DNA from: Naegleria gruberi
Lineage: Eukaryota
Reading direction: 5' to 3' (one strand)
DNA: 64,000 nt
NCBI GenBank assembly: GCA_000004985.1
Contig: GG738852.1
Each line of letters starts with the position of its first letter. Position 1 is the first letter of the stretch. Under the pieces are notes generated by a model. That model saw only the letters and a program-made list of their open reading frames with translations, did not search any database and had not been told where the DNA came from. The position numbers were made by a program, and so were the translations under genes. This document shows positions 48,001 through 58,149 of the stretch, piece by piece.

Positions 48001-51000
48001 NNNNNNNNNNNNNNNNNNNNNNNNNNNNNNNNNNNNNNNNNNNNNNNNNNNNNNNNNNNNNNNNNNNNNNNNNNNNNNNNNNNNNNNNNNNNNNNNNNNN
48101 NNNNNNNNNNNNNNNNNNNNNNNNNNNNNNNNNNNNNNNNNNNNNNNNNNNNNNNNNNNNNNNNNNNNNNNNNNNNNNNNNNNNNNNNNNNNNNNNNNNN
48201 NNNNNNNNNNNNNNNNNNNNNNNNNNNNNNNNNNNNNNNNNNNNNNNNNNNNNNNNNNNNNNNNNNNNNNNNNNNNNNNNNNNNNNNNNNNNNNNNNNNN
48301 NNNNNNNNNNNNNNNNNNNNNNNNNNNNNNNNNNNNNNNNNNNNNNNNNNNNNNNNNNNNNNNNNNNNNNNNNNNNNNNNNNNNNNNNNNNNNNNNNNNN
48401 NNNNNNNNNNNNNNNNNNNNNNNNNNNNNNNNNNNNNNNNNNNNNNNNNNNNNNNNNNNNNNNNNNNNNNNNNNNNNNNNNNNNNNNNNNNNNNNNNNNN
48501 NNNNNNNNNNNNNNNNNNNNNNNNNNNNNNNNNNNNNNNNNNNNNNNNNNNNNNNNNNNNNNNNNNNNNNNNNNNNNNNNNNNNNNNNNNNNNNNNNNNN
48601 NNNNNNNNNNNNNNNNNNNNNNNNNNNNNNNNNNNNNNNNNNNNNNNNNNNNNNNNNNNNNNNNNNNNNNNNNNNNNNNNNNNNNNNNNNNNNNNNNNNN
48701 NNNNNNNNNNNNNNNNNNNNNNNNNNNNNNNNNNNNNNNNNNNNNNNNNNNNNNNNNNNNNNNNNNNNNNNNNNNNNNNNNNNNNNNNNNNNNNNNNNNN
48801 NNNNNNNNNNNNNNNNNNNNNNNNNNNNNNNNNNNNNNNNNNNNNNNNNNNNNNNNNNNNNNNNNNNNNNNNNNNNNNNNNNNNNNNNNNNNNNNNNNNN
48901 NNNNNNNNNNNNNNNNNNNNNNNNNNNNNNNNNNNNNNNNNNNNNNNNNNNNNNNNNNNNNNNNNNNNNNNNNNNNNNNNNNNNNNNNNNNNNNNNNNNN
49001 NNNNNNNNNNNNNNNNNNNNNNNNNNNNNNNNNNNNNNNNNNNNNNNNNNNNNNNNNNNNNNNNNNNNNNNNNNNNNNNNNNNNNNNNNNNNNNNNNNNN
49101 NNNNNNNNNNNNNNNNNNNNNNNNNNNNNNNNNNNNNNNNNNNNNNNNNNNNNNNNNNNNNNNNNNNNNNNNNNNNNNNNNNNNNNNNNNNNNNNNNNNN
49201 NNNNNNNNNNNNNNNNNNNNNNNNNNNNNNNNNNNNNNNNNNNNNNNNNNNNNNNNNNNNNNNNNNNNNNNNNNNNNNNNNNNNNNNNNNNNNNNNNNNN
49301 NNNNNNNNNNNNNNNNNNNNNNNNNNNNNNNNNNNNNNNNNNNNNNNNNNNNNNNNNNNNNNNNNNNNNNNNNNNNNNNNNNNNNNNNNNNNNNNNNNNN
49401 NNNNNNNNNNNNNNNNNNNNNNNNNNNNNNNNNNNNNNNNNNNNNNNNNNNNNNNNNNNNNNNNNNNNNNNNNNNNNNNNNNNNNNNNNNNNNNNNNNNN
49501 NNNNNNNNNNNNNNNNNNNNNNNNNNNNNNNNNNNNNNNNNNNNNNNNNNNNNNNNNNNNNNNNNNNNNNNNNNNNNNNNNNNNNNNNNNNNNNNNNNNN
49601 NNNNNNNNNNNNNNNNNNNNNNNNNNNNNNNNNNNNNNNNNNNNNNNNNNNNNNNNNNNNNNNNNNNNNNNNNNNNNNNNNNNNNNNNNNNNNNNNNNNN
49701 NNNNNNNNNNNNNNNNNNNNNNNNNNNNNNNNNNNNNNNNNNNNNNNNNNNNNNNNNNNNNNNNNNNNNNNNNNNNNNNNNNNNNNNNNNNNNNNNNNNN
49801 NNNNNNNNNNNNNNNNNNNNNNNNNNNNNNNNNNNNNNNNNNNNNNNNNNNNNNNNNNNNNNNNNNNNNNNNNNNNNNNNNNNNNNNNNNNNNNNNNNNN
49901 NNNNNNNNNNNNNNNNNNNNNNNNNNNNNNNNNNNNNNNNNNNNNNNNNNNNNNNNNNNNNNNNNNNNNNNNNNNNNNNNNNNNNNNNNNNNNNNNNNNN
50001 NNNNNNNNNNNNNNNNNNNNNNNNNNNNNNNNNNNNNNNNNNNNNNNNNNNNNNNNNNNNNNNNNNNNNNNNNNNNNNNNNNNNNNNNNNNNNNNNNNNN
50101 NNNNNNNNNNNNNNNNNNNNNNNNNNNNNNNNNNNNNNNNNNNNNNNNNNNNNNNNNNNNNNNNNNNNNNNNNNNNNNNNNNNNNNNNNNNNNNNNNNNN
50201 NNNNNNNNNNNNNNNNNNNNNNNNNNNNNNNNNNNNNNNNNNNNNNNNNNNNNNNNNNNNNNNNNNNNNNNNNNNNNNNNNNNNNNNNNNNNNNNNNNNN
50301 NNNNNNNNNNNNNNNNNNNNNNNNNNNNNNNNNNNNNNNNNNNNNNNNNNNNNNNNNNNNNNNNNNNNNNNNNNNNNNNNNNNNNNNNNNNNNNNNNNNN
50401 NNNNNNNNNNNNNNNNNNNNNNNNNNNNNNNNNNNNNNNNNNNNNNNNNNNNNNNNNNNNNNNNNNNNNNNNNNNNNNNNNNNNNNNNNNNNNNNNNNNN
50501 NNNNNNNNNNNNNNNNNNNNNNNNNNNNNNNNNNNNNNNNNNNNNNNNNNNNNNNNNNNNNNNNNNNNNNNNNNNNNNNNNNNNNNNNNNNNNNNNNNNN
50601 NNNNNNNNNNNNNNNNNNNNNNNNNNNNNNNNNNNNNNNNNNNNNNNNNNNNNNNNNNNNNNNNNNNNNNNNNNNNNNNNNNNNNNNNNNNNNNNNNNNN
50701 NNNNNNNNNNNNNNNNNNNNNNNNNNNNNNNNNNNNNNNNNNNNNNNNNNNNNNNNNNNNNNNNNNNNNNNNNNNNNNNNNNNNNNNNNNNNNNNNNNNN
50801 NNNNNNNNNNNNNNNNNNNNNNNNNNNNNNNNNNNNNNNNNNNNNNNNNNNNNNNNNNNNNNNNNNNNNNNNNNNNNNNNNNNNNNNNNNNNNNNNNNNN
50901 NNNNNNNNNNNNNNNNNNNNNNNNNNNNNNNNNNNNNNNNNNNNNNNNNNNNNNNNNNNNNNNNNNNNNNNNNNNNNNNNNNNNNNNNNNNNNNNNNNNN

Positions 51001-51199
51001 NNNNNNNNNNNNNNNNNNNNNNNNNNNNNNNNNNNNNNNNNNNNNNNNNNNNNNNNNNNNNNNNNNNNNNNNNNNNNNNNNNNNNNNNNNNNNNNNNNNN
51101 NNNNNNNNNNNNNNNNNNNNNNNNNNNNNNNNNNNNNNNNNNNNNNNNNNNNNNNNNNNNNNNNNNNNNNNNNNNNNNNNNNNNNNNNNNNNNNNNNNN
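1..51199. other. Unresolved run of N (assembly/scaffold gap); no sequence information
   Basis: All positions are n; the first real base is at 51200. Confidence 0.99.
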
Positions 51200-51484
51200 A
51201 ATTCTGCATTTTTGAAACACTATAATGATTTAGTTGATGAGAATGAAAGAATTAAGAAAGAATTGGCTAGATATAAACAGGCAGTCAGAAATATGAATGA
51301 AATGATTAATCAAATGGTGAGCTGTTTAGATGAGTATCAAGATGTCTTTGCATTGGGAGACTCTATTGTGCATCATGATGATAAAACCATTGTGCTCACC
51401 CATAAAGAGAGAGCAAAGATTTGTGAATTAGGTGAGAAAACCTCTCAAATCATGCATGTTTGCTCTACCTACTTTGACGGTTAA
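51200..51484 (+). CDS. 3' terminal fragment of a protein-coding gene truncated by the gap; product unknown (charged/helical C-terminus)
   Basis: Reading frame is open from the first real base (NSAFLKHYNDLVDENERIKK...) to TAA at 51482-51484. The M at 51212 in the ORF track is a TTG, not a real start. AATAAA lies at ~51667 downstream. Confidence 0.45.
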   Translation, partial: NSAFLKHYNDLVDENERIKKELARYKQAVRNMNEMINQMVSCLDEYQDVFALGDSIVHHDDKTIVLTHKERAKICELGEKTSQIMHVCSTYFDG

Positions 51485-51675
51485 TTAATATCCAAATTAT
51501 TACGTTTATTGCATACATCATACACTTACAATAACATCTATTATTATTATTAATCTATCATCATATGAGTTTTAATTTTCAACAATAACAAAATATAACA
51601 ACATGATCCGAGGGAGAGAAAATTAATATTTGCCCAATGGTGAATAATAATACAAATAATTATTAGAATAAAAAA

Positions 51676-52695
51676 ATGTCAAACACAACTGCAGCTGAAA
51701 CCTATCTAGTTGGAAGTATTAATAACAAGGAATTTTTATCGAGAGGATTTATTGCAACAAGTTTTCAACAAATTGGACAACCTGCATCTTCTGCTTCATC
51801 GGTGGCTGATTTAGGAATTGATCTTCAAAATGATGATGAAATGATTGCATTTGTATTTAATTCTAAAATATCGGGAGGAAGTGATTCTACATTTATGGAG
51901 TATATAAGTGATATTCCATTCGACCAATTGGAAGAACAAATTCAATCACAAAATGATAACAGTAATGGCTCTTCAATAATTGACCCTAATGCTATAATAC
52001 CCTTGCTGAGAGAAGCTAGTTCTCTTATACGAGTAATTGATGGAAAAGATCCAACCCCAAATAGATTATTGGATGAACCAATTGATTTTAAAAGAGATGG
52101 GCAGAGTAGAGATGCCTTCACATTACAAGAAGGTCCATTTATTCCTACTCCTATCATTCAACCTTTGCTTGTTTTGAAACAATCAACAATTGTACAACCA
52201 CCACCAATTCCACCTCAATATAATAATGCAAATATTCCAACATCAATTTCCTCTCAACAATTACAAAATCAAATCAATCCTACACAAGTACAATCTCACA
52301 CCAGAATGGATTCAATTAAGAAAGAAAATCCAAACATGGAAAATAATGTACCATATCCATCTACACCTCAAGAAGCTGAGAGGATTATAGTAAGAACACC
52401 AATTCAACCAGTTGTTTCAACACCATTATCAAGTTACTCTGCTCAGACACCTCAGTCTGTAGAGAGTTCAATTGATCAATTTTCTGAAAATGGAGAAGAT
52501 AGTGCAGAAAAGAAAAAGAGAAAAAAGGAGAAGAAAGAGAAGAAGGAAAAGAAAGAAAAAAAGAAGGAAAAGAAGGATAAAAAAGAAAAGAAAGAAAAGA
52601 AGGAGAAGAAGGAAAAGAAGAAACGAAAGAAAGATGAAGAAGGCAGTTCTTCTGTTAAAATTACCATTCCAATTCCACAAATTGATCGTCAATAA
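51676..52695 (+). CDS. Hypothetical low-complexity protein, 339 aa, with C-terminal lysine/glutamate (KKE/KEKK) repeat; possibly nucleolar/chromatin-associated
   Basis: Continuous ORF with A-rich context (AAAAAAATGTC). S/T/Q/P-rich middle; C-terminal KKKRKKEKKEKKEKKEKKKEKKDKKEKKEKKEKK. KKE/D tails are typical of nucleolar proteins (inference only). No conserved catalytic motif recognised. Confidence 0.55.
   Translation: MSNTTAAETYLVGSINNKEFLSRGFIATSFQQIGQPASSASSVADLGIDLQNDDEMIAFVFNSKISGGSDSTFMEYISDIPFDQLEEQIQSQNDNSNGSSIIDPNAIIPLLREASSLIRVIDGKDPTPNRLLDEPIDFKRDGQSRDAFTLQEGPFIPTPIIQPLLVLKQSTIVQPPPIPPQYNNANIPTSISSQQLQNQINPTQVQSHTRMDSIKKENPNMENNVPYPSTPQEAERIIVRTPIQPVVSTPLSSYSAQTPQSVESSIDQFSENGEDSAEKKKRKKEKKEKKEKKEKKKEKKDKKEKKEKKEKKEKKKRKKDEEGSSSVKITIPIPQIDRQ
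52506..52634 (+). repeat. Near-homopurine (GAA/AAG-type) tract, ~130 nt with 2 pyrimidine interruptions, encoding the KEKK repeat
   Basis: Read directly: 52506-52577 is all A/G, T at 52578, A/G to 52623, C at 52624, A/G to 52634. The three spurious ORFs on both strands here (poly-R/K, poly-F/L) are other-frame readings of this tract. Confidence 0.8.
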
Positions 52696-52784
52696 ATTAT
52701 TGTAAACATTGTGTGGATTATCTATTCTTTTAAAATGATTATCTGAATGGATTGTTAATTGTTTACAAAACTCTAATGTACAAT

Positions 52785-54203
52785 TTATTCTTGAATATTT
52801 CCATATTGTTTTCCAATATTTAATAGCTCAACGAGTACGTCTCGTTCCTTAATGTTAGCATTTAACAGTGACTCATAATTGATGAGTTCCAAATCTCTTT
52901 CTCTAGCTGCATCTCTCATTACTTGTATCATTTCCAATAACTTAGACTTGAGTATGGTGTTTTGCAATAAAAGCTTATTATTGATTGCTTGAAGAGTACC
53001 ATTCTCTTGTTGGAGTAATTCAGTCATTCTGGAATTTTCTTGAGTAATATCTTGAATCTTATCATGAGATCTTGTGAGAATGATTTGAATTGCAGATTCA
53101 TAATTTTCAATCTTGCTATTTTGCATTCTATTAATTTCCTGTTGAATAGCCAATTGTTCTTTCAATTGTTTGATCTGCTCTGCACTACCTTCACTCTTTG
53201 GGATATAGTTAGTCTGTTTAGCAGGTTCAATAAGATTTATACTTGAATTGGCTCGTTCTTCGAGAGTTGAAATTAGATTTGTTAATTGTTCAATTCTTAA
53301 TTTGAGAGTTAGATTTTCCTCATTTTTAAAATCCAATTCAGATTTCAAATCATGAAAAACAGAAGAATCTTGTAACATGGAGGTGCTAACTGTTTGATGA
53401 AGAAATGGTTCCAAATTGAGCATTGATCCAGTATTGATTGATGATGTAGTATTTGTAGTGGTTGTATTTCCCAAAGTATTTTCGAGAGAAATAATTTCAT
53501 CTGCATCGGAAAGTACAATAGAATCATCATTACGAATAATAGCACTACTTTCTAATGCTTCTTCCATAGATGAATTATATTGATTGTGGTAACGTCCAAC
53601 ACTTGGTGATGAATATGAATTAGGATCAATAATACTAGCCTCTCCAACACTTGTATTGAAAGAATTATTCAAAGAGGAAGGTTGGCTCTCGGATATTTTC
53701 CTAATACTTTCCTGTGTTTGTTTTAATTGATGATACAATTGATGAATACTTGATGATAAACCATCAAAAACTTGATTCACTTGTTCATACTCCTTACTAT
53801 GAGAATTTGAATGATTGGATGATATTGGAGAGTTTTCAAAATTTGAATTATTAATAACAGGATCGTCCTTTCTTGGAGTTTGATAATTATGTACAGTTGT
53901 TGGTGTATTTCCCATTGTTCCGAGTGGAATCATTACATTTTGTTTTCCTCCTCTTGATTGCAGACTTCTTCCAACTCCAATTACTGTTGCCGAAGCAGAT
54001 CCATAAGTAGTATTATTATTATTTGTTGTATTTCTTCTTACTCCAGTTTGATTACTTGCCGATATCAGCACTGATGCAGAGGGTATCGTAGAATTTGAAG
54101 AGGGAGGAAGATTTGGCGATGTTGAATTATTATTGTTATTCGTTGTTGCACTAATTACTAGTGGTGTAAGAGGCATTTTTTCATCAAATTGTCTTCCTCT
54201 CAA
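52785..54203 (-). CDS. Hypothetical protein, 472 aa: N-terminal N/S/T-rich low-complexity region (NNNNN runs) plus C-terminal coiled coil; function unknown
   Basis: Uninterrupted minus-strand ORF; stop TAA (plus 52785-52787). Heptad-like L/I/E/Q-rich C-terminal ~200 aa. A second Met 9 codons downstream (MPLTPLV) is an alternative start. No family recognised. Confidence 0.55.
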   Translation of the reverse strand: MRGRQFDEKMPLTPLVISATTNNNNNSTSPNLPPSSNSTIPSASVLISASNQTGVRRNTTNNNNTTYGSASATVIGVGRSLQSRGGKQNVMIPLGTMGNTPTTVHNYQTPRKDDPVINNSNFENSPISSNHSNSHSKEYEQVNQVFDGLSSSIHQLYHQLKQTQESIRKISESQPSSLNNSFNTSVGEASIIDPNSYSSPSVGRYHNQYNSSMEEALESSAIIRNDDSIVLSDADEIISLENTLGNTTTTNTTSSINTGSMLNLEPFLHQTVSTSMLQDSSVFHDLKSELDFKNEENLTLKLRIEQLTNLISTLEERANSSINLIEPAKQTNYIPKSEGSAEQIKQLKEQLAIQQEINRMQNSKIENYESAIQIILTRSHDKIQDITQENSRMTELLQQENGTLQAINNKLLLQNTILKSKLLEMIQVMRDAARERDLELINYESLLNANIKERDVLVELLNIGKQYGNIQE

Positions 54204-54357
54204 TATCTACCAGATAATTAATAATACTATAGTATTATTGTTGTAAAGCTAGTAAATAGAGAATTGAAACAAATTGATCGATGAAAACTAATCAAAATAA
54301 CTTGTTCTTATTTTGAATCTATTGAACACTTGATGAAAACGTCACTCTTTGAAAAAA
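54204..54357. promoter_or_regulatory. Short (~150 bp) divergent intergenic region shared by the minus-strand hypothetical gene and the TBC gene; presumed bidirectional promoter
   Basis: Head-to-head gene arrangement; AT-rich; A-rich run immediately before the TBC ATG (GAAAAAAATGAG). No specific motif confirmed. Confidence 0.3.
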
Positions 54358-56216
54358 ATGAGAAAACGTGGTGATTCATCACCTACCACATCGGAATATT
54401 CTGATGTTACGAACCAACAGGAACAAATCACAACCTCATCATCACCAAGAATAGTACTCGAAGAGATTAATAATGATCACATAATTGTTGGGAATTATCA
54501 TCATCAATCTTCAAAGATATTTGCCAAAGTGGTAAAATTGGAACAATTGGTAAAACAAATTCATCAGAACAAGTATTATATTAAACGTATTAAATTTGTG
54601 AAAGATCAAAGTGAAGAAATAGTTTTAAATGAAAATGAAAAGGAACAATTTACTGATTTGTTGAACAAATTGAGAAGATTGATTCTTTCATCACCCGATC
54701 GTGAATCACTAGAAGAAAATGAAACTACTTTGGGTTGCATTAAAGATTCACTCAGGCAACACGTATGGCCTCTTCTACTTCATGATCCAGATCACTTGTG
54801 TAAGGATAAACAAACAGTATTTCACTTGACCAAGAAACTTGACAAGACTCACGAGCAGTATGAACAAGTGGAAAAGGATGTGGAGAGATCTCTTTTCAAG
54901 TTCTTAGCTCCATTCTTTGGAAGATATAACAAATCTATAGTCTATGTAAATACCTCGAATGCAAGCAGTACTAGTAATCTCTCTGGAGGAGTTTCGAAAA
55001 ATGTGGGTTCAAAAACAATGAATCTCGAACTCAATTACAAGAGAAAAAACCTTAGTCTTGTTGTCAACTCTATATTACAAACTGAAAAGAAATTAAAACA
55101 AAACGAAATTTTGGATGAGGAATCACCGGAGAAGTTGGCAGAAAAAGTTGGTCAATTATATTATTTTCAAGGCTTTCACGAGATTTGCTCAGTACTCTTA
55201 TTAACCTTCCAAGATTCTCTAGAGACAACTTTTAGATGTAGTTATAGACTTGCTATGAATCATTTTCATGATGCTATGCATTCTCTACATTTGGATGCCA
55301 TTATGAAAAAGTGTAGAATGATTATTAAAATTTTGGAAAAGGATGGGCACGACGATATTTGCCAAGTATTGAGGAAGAGTGATATGGATCAAGGACACTA
55401 TGCACTCAGTTGGATCTTGACATGGTTTGCTCATGTCATTGATCAAGACTGCCACGATAAGGAGGATGAAACAGAAACAGTAAGCACTTCCAGCAAAATT
55501 TTGAACGAAAATTGTAAGTATTTATTTTTACATCTTTAGATATATTCAAGATATTCTTTTTAATTTATTTATTTTGATATGTTTTGAAATTAATAGCAAT
55601 CATGCCAACACTTTTCATTGTGCAGACCCTGTTTGATGTCTTCCTTGCTGTTGGTAATCCAATGTTTGTAGTTTATGTAGCAGCCAGTGTTGTAATTGAA
55701 AGAAAGGAAGAATTATTAATCCTAAGAAATGGAGGATCTGTAGCAAGTGTGAGAGAAAAGTTATCTGCAGCATCTGGAGGTAGAACTGAAGTTGACTTCC
55801 CGTTCTCTGCAGACGAAGATGAGGAAAATTTGAACTATGTGGAATTTACTGTAGTATTTGGATTATTAAACAGATTCCCTAAAAATGTTACTCTGAGGTG
55901 GATTGAACGTGTCATTGGAAGGGCTCTCTCAATGTGGAAAGAGCACGACTATAGATCATTATTTGCTACAGAAATTCCAAACGATTCATTCCCATTCCCA
56001 TACATGAAAGAATGCGAACATTTAACAGAAAATTCTCCACCAGACTATTGGAGAGATGAGGAGGAGGAAAGATTGATACAGGAAGCCAAGAGGAAGGCTG
56101 CATCAAAGCATTCAGTAGTACCAGCAACTACCCTCATTGTAGGTGGTATTGCTTTGGCTATAGCAGTTTATATTTCTGCTCAATCATGGTTTTTTCAGTC
56201 GATACCCTTTAAATAG
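54358..56216 (+). CDS. TBC-domain Rab GTPase-activating protein with C-terminal transmembrane anchor (TBC1D20/Gyp8-like), 594 aa. CDS join(54358..55513, 55597..56216); one 83-bp GTAAGT...AATAG intron (55514..55596)
   Basis: TBC signature motifs in exon 1: RQHVW (RxxxW), VEKDVERS (IxxDxxR arginine finger), YYFQGF (YxQ glutamine finger). Exon 2 ends with the hydrophobic stretch LIVGGIALAIAVYISAQSWFF (TM anchor, as in ER-localised TBC1D20). Splice junction read from sequence: phase-1 donor AAA ATT|GTAAGT, acceptor TTAATAG|CA, joining ...NEN-S-IMPTLF in frame. The ORF-track starts at 54349 and 55584 are TTG artefacts; the real ATG is at 54358. Confidence 0.8.
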
Positions 56217-56486
56217 GGTCATTCCAATATTTTTGAGAAGGTTCGGTAAATTATTGAGATGGATATTAGGAATTGGAATTAGTTGGAAAAGATTTCTTTA
56301 ACAATTTTCAGTAAATGATTTCAGTCCATAAATTCATATTGTTCCAATTAGATATTCAATCCTATGGTTATCGAAACAGAAAGTAATAATACAAATAATT
56401 CTTGACACATTCCTGGAAACAAACGTTAAAAATCGGTTCTTTTCAAAGGTTGGCGCCAAAAAAATTACAGATTTTCAGGAAAAAAA

Positions 56487-58109
56487 ATGTCTAGGCCCAA
56501 TCTACTTATTGATGATAGTTCCATGATGGCAAGGGAAACCCCTGTAAGGGAATACGAAGAAGAGGAGAGGACTCTTAATATGGGCTCATCATTCATAAAA
56601 CCATCACCAGTAGTTGCTCCTCAACGATCACCAAGATTTAATGAAGACGGAACAATAATAACTGTTGGAGGAAGGAATAGAGAAAGTAATATTTCTAAAT
56701 ATCCTGATTTGCCAAATTTTGAAATGTATGAATTTGATGAAATGGAAGAAGTGTTGGAGAGAATTATTAAGGAGAATGAATTTGTGGAAGAGGAGTTGTA
56801 TATTTTCGAGGCATTTCTAAAGAAAATGTCGGAAAGGAATGGTGTTGCACAGTCACAAGACAGAGATTTAACGCTCAACTCTAGTGCTATTATTAAAAAC
56901 GAACCAGGATCACAACTAGCAACTCCAACACATAAGGATAAAGTTGAAAAACAAAAACAGCAACAACCAGGAGTGCCTGTTCTGACCTCAGAGTCCATCA
57001 GTGAAATTAGCGACAATAGAATGCAAAGAAGAAAATCCATAGATAATGCTTCAGTTTCATCATTCGATGATGGAAGTGATGACGCCAGTTCTGTGGTCAG
57101 TAGTGGAACAACAGGTACAGGTAAAAAGAAAAAGAAGAGAAGACAAGCAGTTCAAGAATATCAACTAACATACGAAAATAAGATTGAAATTGGTTTGAAA
57201 GCTATTGATATTTTAAGAAACACAATAGAAAAGGAAAATAAGATTTACGAGAAGGAAATTGAGAGCATGAGAGCAAGAGTTCAAGAAGCAGATTTAGAAA
57301 TTGAGGAGGTTGATAAGGAACATTTGGAATTCAGAAAAGAAGTAGTTGAACCAAAAGAGGCTAGAAATCCTAATGACAAGGTACAGCTTGGATCTGCATT
57401 GGCTGCTGAGAAAATTGTACAATATTTCAAAAACAAACAACAACAAAAAGATACACTCCTTCACAAACTAAAATTGAAAATATCTGAAATGAGGAAACAA
57501 GTTGCCAAGTCCAAGACTCAACTTGAAAGTCGAGAACAATCAGGTGATCAACTAACCAAGACTGATTTTGACCAGCTCAAGATTGAAAATGGTCTCATGA
57601 ATAAGAAAATTGATGAAAGAAACAAGGAACTAGTCGATTTAAAGTTGAATACTGGAGCCCTTTTACAAAAGCTGTCGGCCCTCACAGAGAAGTTAAATTT
57701 ACTGAATCAAGACTCAAAACTATTCAACAAGGATATTGAAAAGAGTAAGAATGACCTAGATGCTCTGAAAGAGGAAATTGAGTTTGTTTTAAAGGACAAG
57801 GACATTGAATCGAATAGAAACCAGAAGATGGTTGCTCAACATGAACAAGTTAAGGTCCCTGAAATACTTTCATATATTAAATTGAAAGCCGAGTTGGATA
57901 TGTATAGAAAAGAATTAGCTAATTGGCAACGAAAAGTTGAAATTCAATCAATGAATGAAAGTAATACGAGAAAGAAACTTCAAGGAATGTTCATGTCAGG
58001 AAAGCAAAGGGTTCCTTCAGCTGGATCAACAAAGAGTGAAAGCAGTCTTTCAGGAATCTTGACAACAAATAACCAACTCTCGAGCAAACAACTATTCAAG
58101 AATATGTAA
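56487..58109 (+). CDS. Coiled-coil protein of the CCDC113/CCDC96 (DUF4201, cilia/flagella-associated) family, 540 aa; acidic/low-complexity N-terminal half, conserved C-terminal coiled coil
   Basis: Uninterrupted ORF with A-rich start context (GGAAAAAAAATGTC) and TAA stop. C-terminal block TDFDQLKIENGLMNKKIDERNKELVDLKLNTGALLQKL ... ILSYIKLKAELDMYRKELANWQRKVEIQS matches my recollection of the conserved DFxQLKIEN ... ARNxEL..LKL ... R.WERKVEI core of CCDC113/CCDC96. Assigned from memory, not a database search. Confidence 0.6.
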   Translation: MSRPNLLIDDSSMMARETPVREYEEEERTLNMGSSFIKPSPVVAPQRSPRFNEDGTIITVGGRNRESNISKYPDLPNFEMYEFDEMEEVLERIIKENEFVEEELYIFEAFLKKMSERNGVAQSQDRDLTLNSSAIIKNEPGSQLATPTHKDKVEKQKQQQPGVPVLTSESISEISDNRMQRRKSIDNASVSSFDDGSDDASSVVSSGTTGTGKKKKKRRQAVQEYQLTYENKIEIGLKAIDILRNTIEKENKIYEKEIESMRARVQEADLEIEEVDKEHLEFRKEVVEPKEARNPNDKVQLGSALAAEKIVQYFKNKQQQKDTLLHKLKLKISEMRKQVAKSKTQLESREQSGDQLTKTDFDQLKIENGLMNKKIDERNKELVDLKLNTGALLQKLSALTEKLNLLNQDSKLFNKDIEKSKNDLDALKEEIEFVLKDKDIESNRNQKMVAQHEQVKVPEILSYIKLKAELDMYRKELANWQRKVEIQSMNESNTRKKLQGMFMSGKQRVPSAGSTKSESSLSGILTTNNQLSSKQLFKNM

Positions 58110-58149
58110 AAATAATTAACTTTTACCCATTATTTCAGTATTTTACAAT

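Noticed and set aside
51942-52157. Minus-strand 71-aa ORF inside the 339-aa gene
   Set aside because: Fully antisense to a longer, better-supported ORF; no start context.
52190-52390. Plus-strand 66-aa ORF in an alternative frame of the 339-aa gene
   Set aside because: Out-of-frame overlap with the long ORF; H/Q/I-rich junk translation.
52468-52705. Three ORFs (poly-R/K on plus; poly-F/L on minus) over the homopurine tract
   Set aside because: Mirror-frame artefacts of the (GAA/AAG)n repeat encoding the KEKK tail; not independent genes.
53040-53545. Short ORFs (68 aa plus strand, 66 aa minus strand out of frame) inside the 472-aa minus-strand gene
   Set aside because: Antisense or out-of-frame overlaps of a long continuous ORF; no conservation signal.
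55584-56216. Separate 210-aa ORF beginning MKLIAIM downstream of the TBC ORF
   Set aside because: The M is a TTG. The region is exon 2 of the TBC gene, joined through the 83-bp intron (55514..55596) in the correct phase; it carries the C-terminal TM anchor expected for TBC1D20-like proteins.
56621-57040. 139-aa minus-strand ORF antisense to the CCDC-like gene
   Set aside because: Entirely within the better-supported plus-strand 540-aa ORF; C/S-rich nonsense composition.
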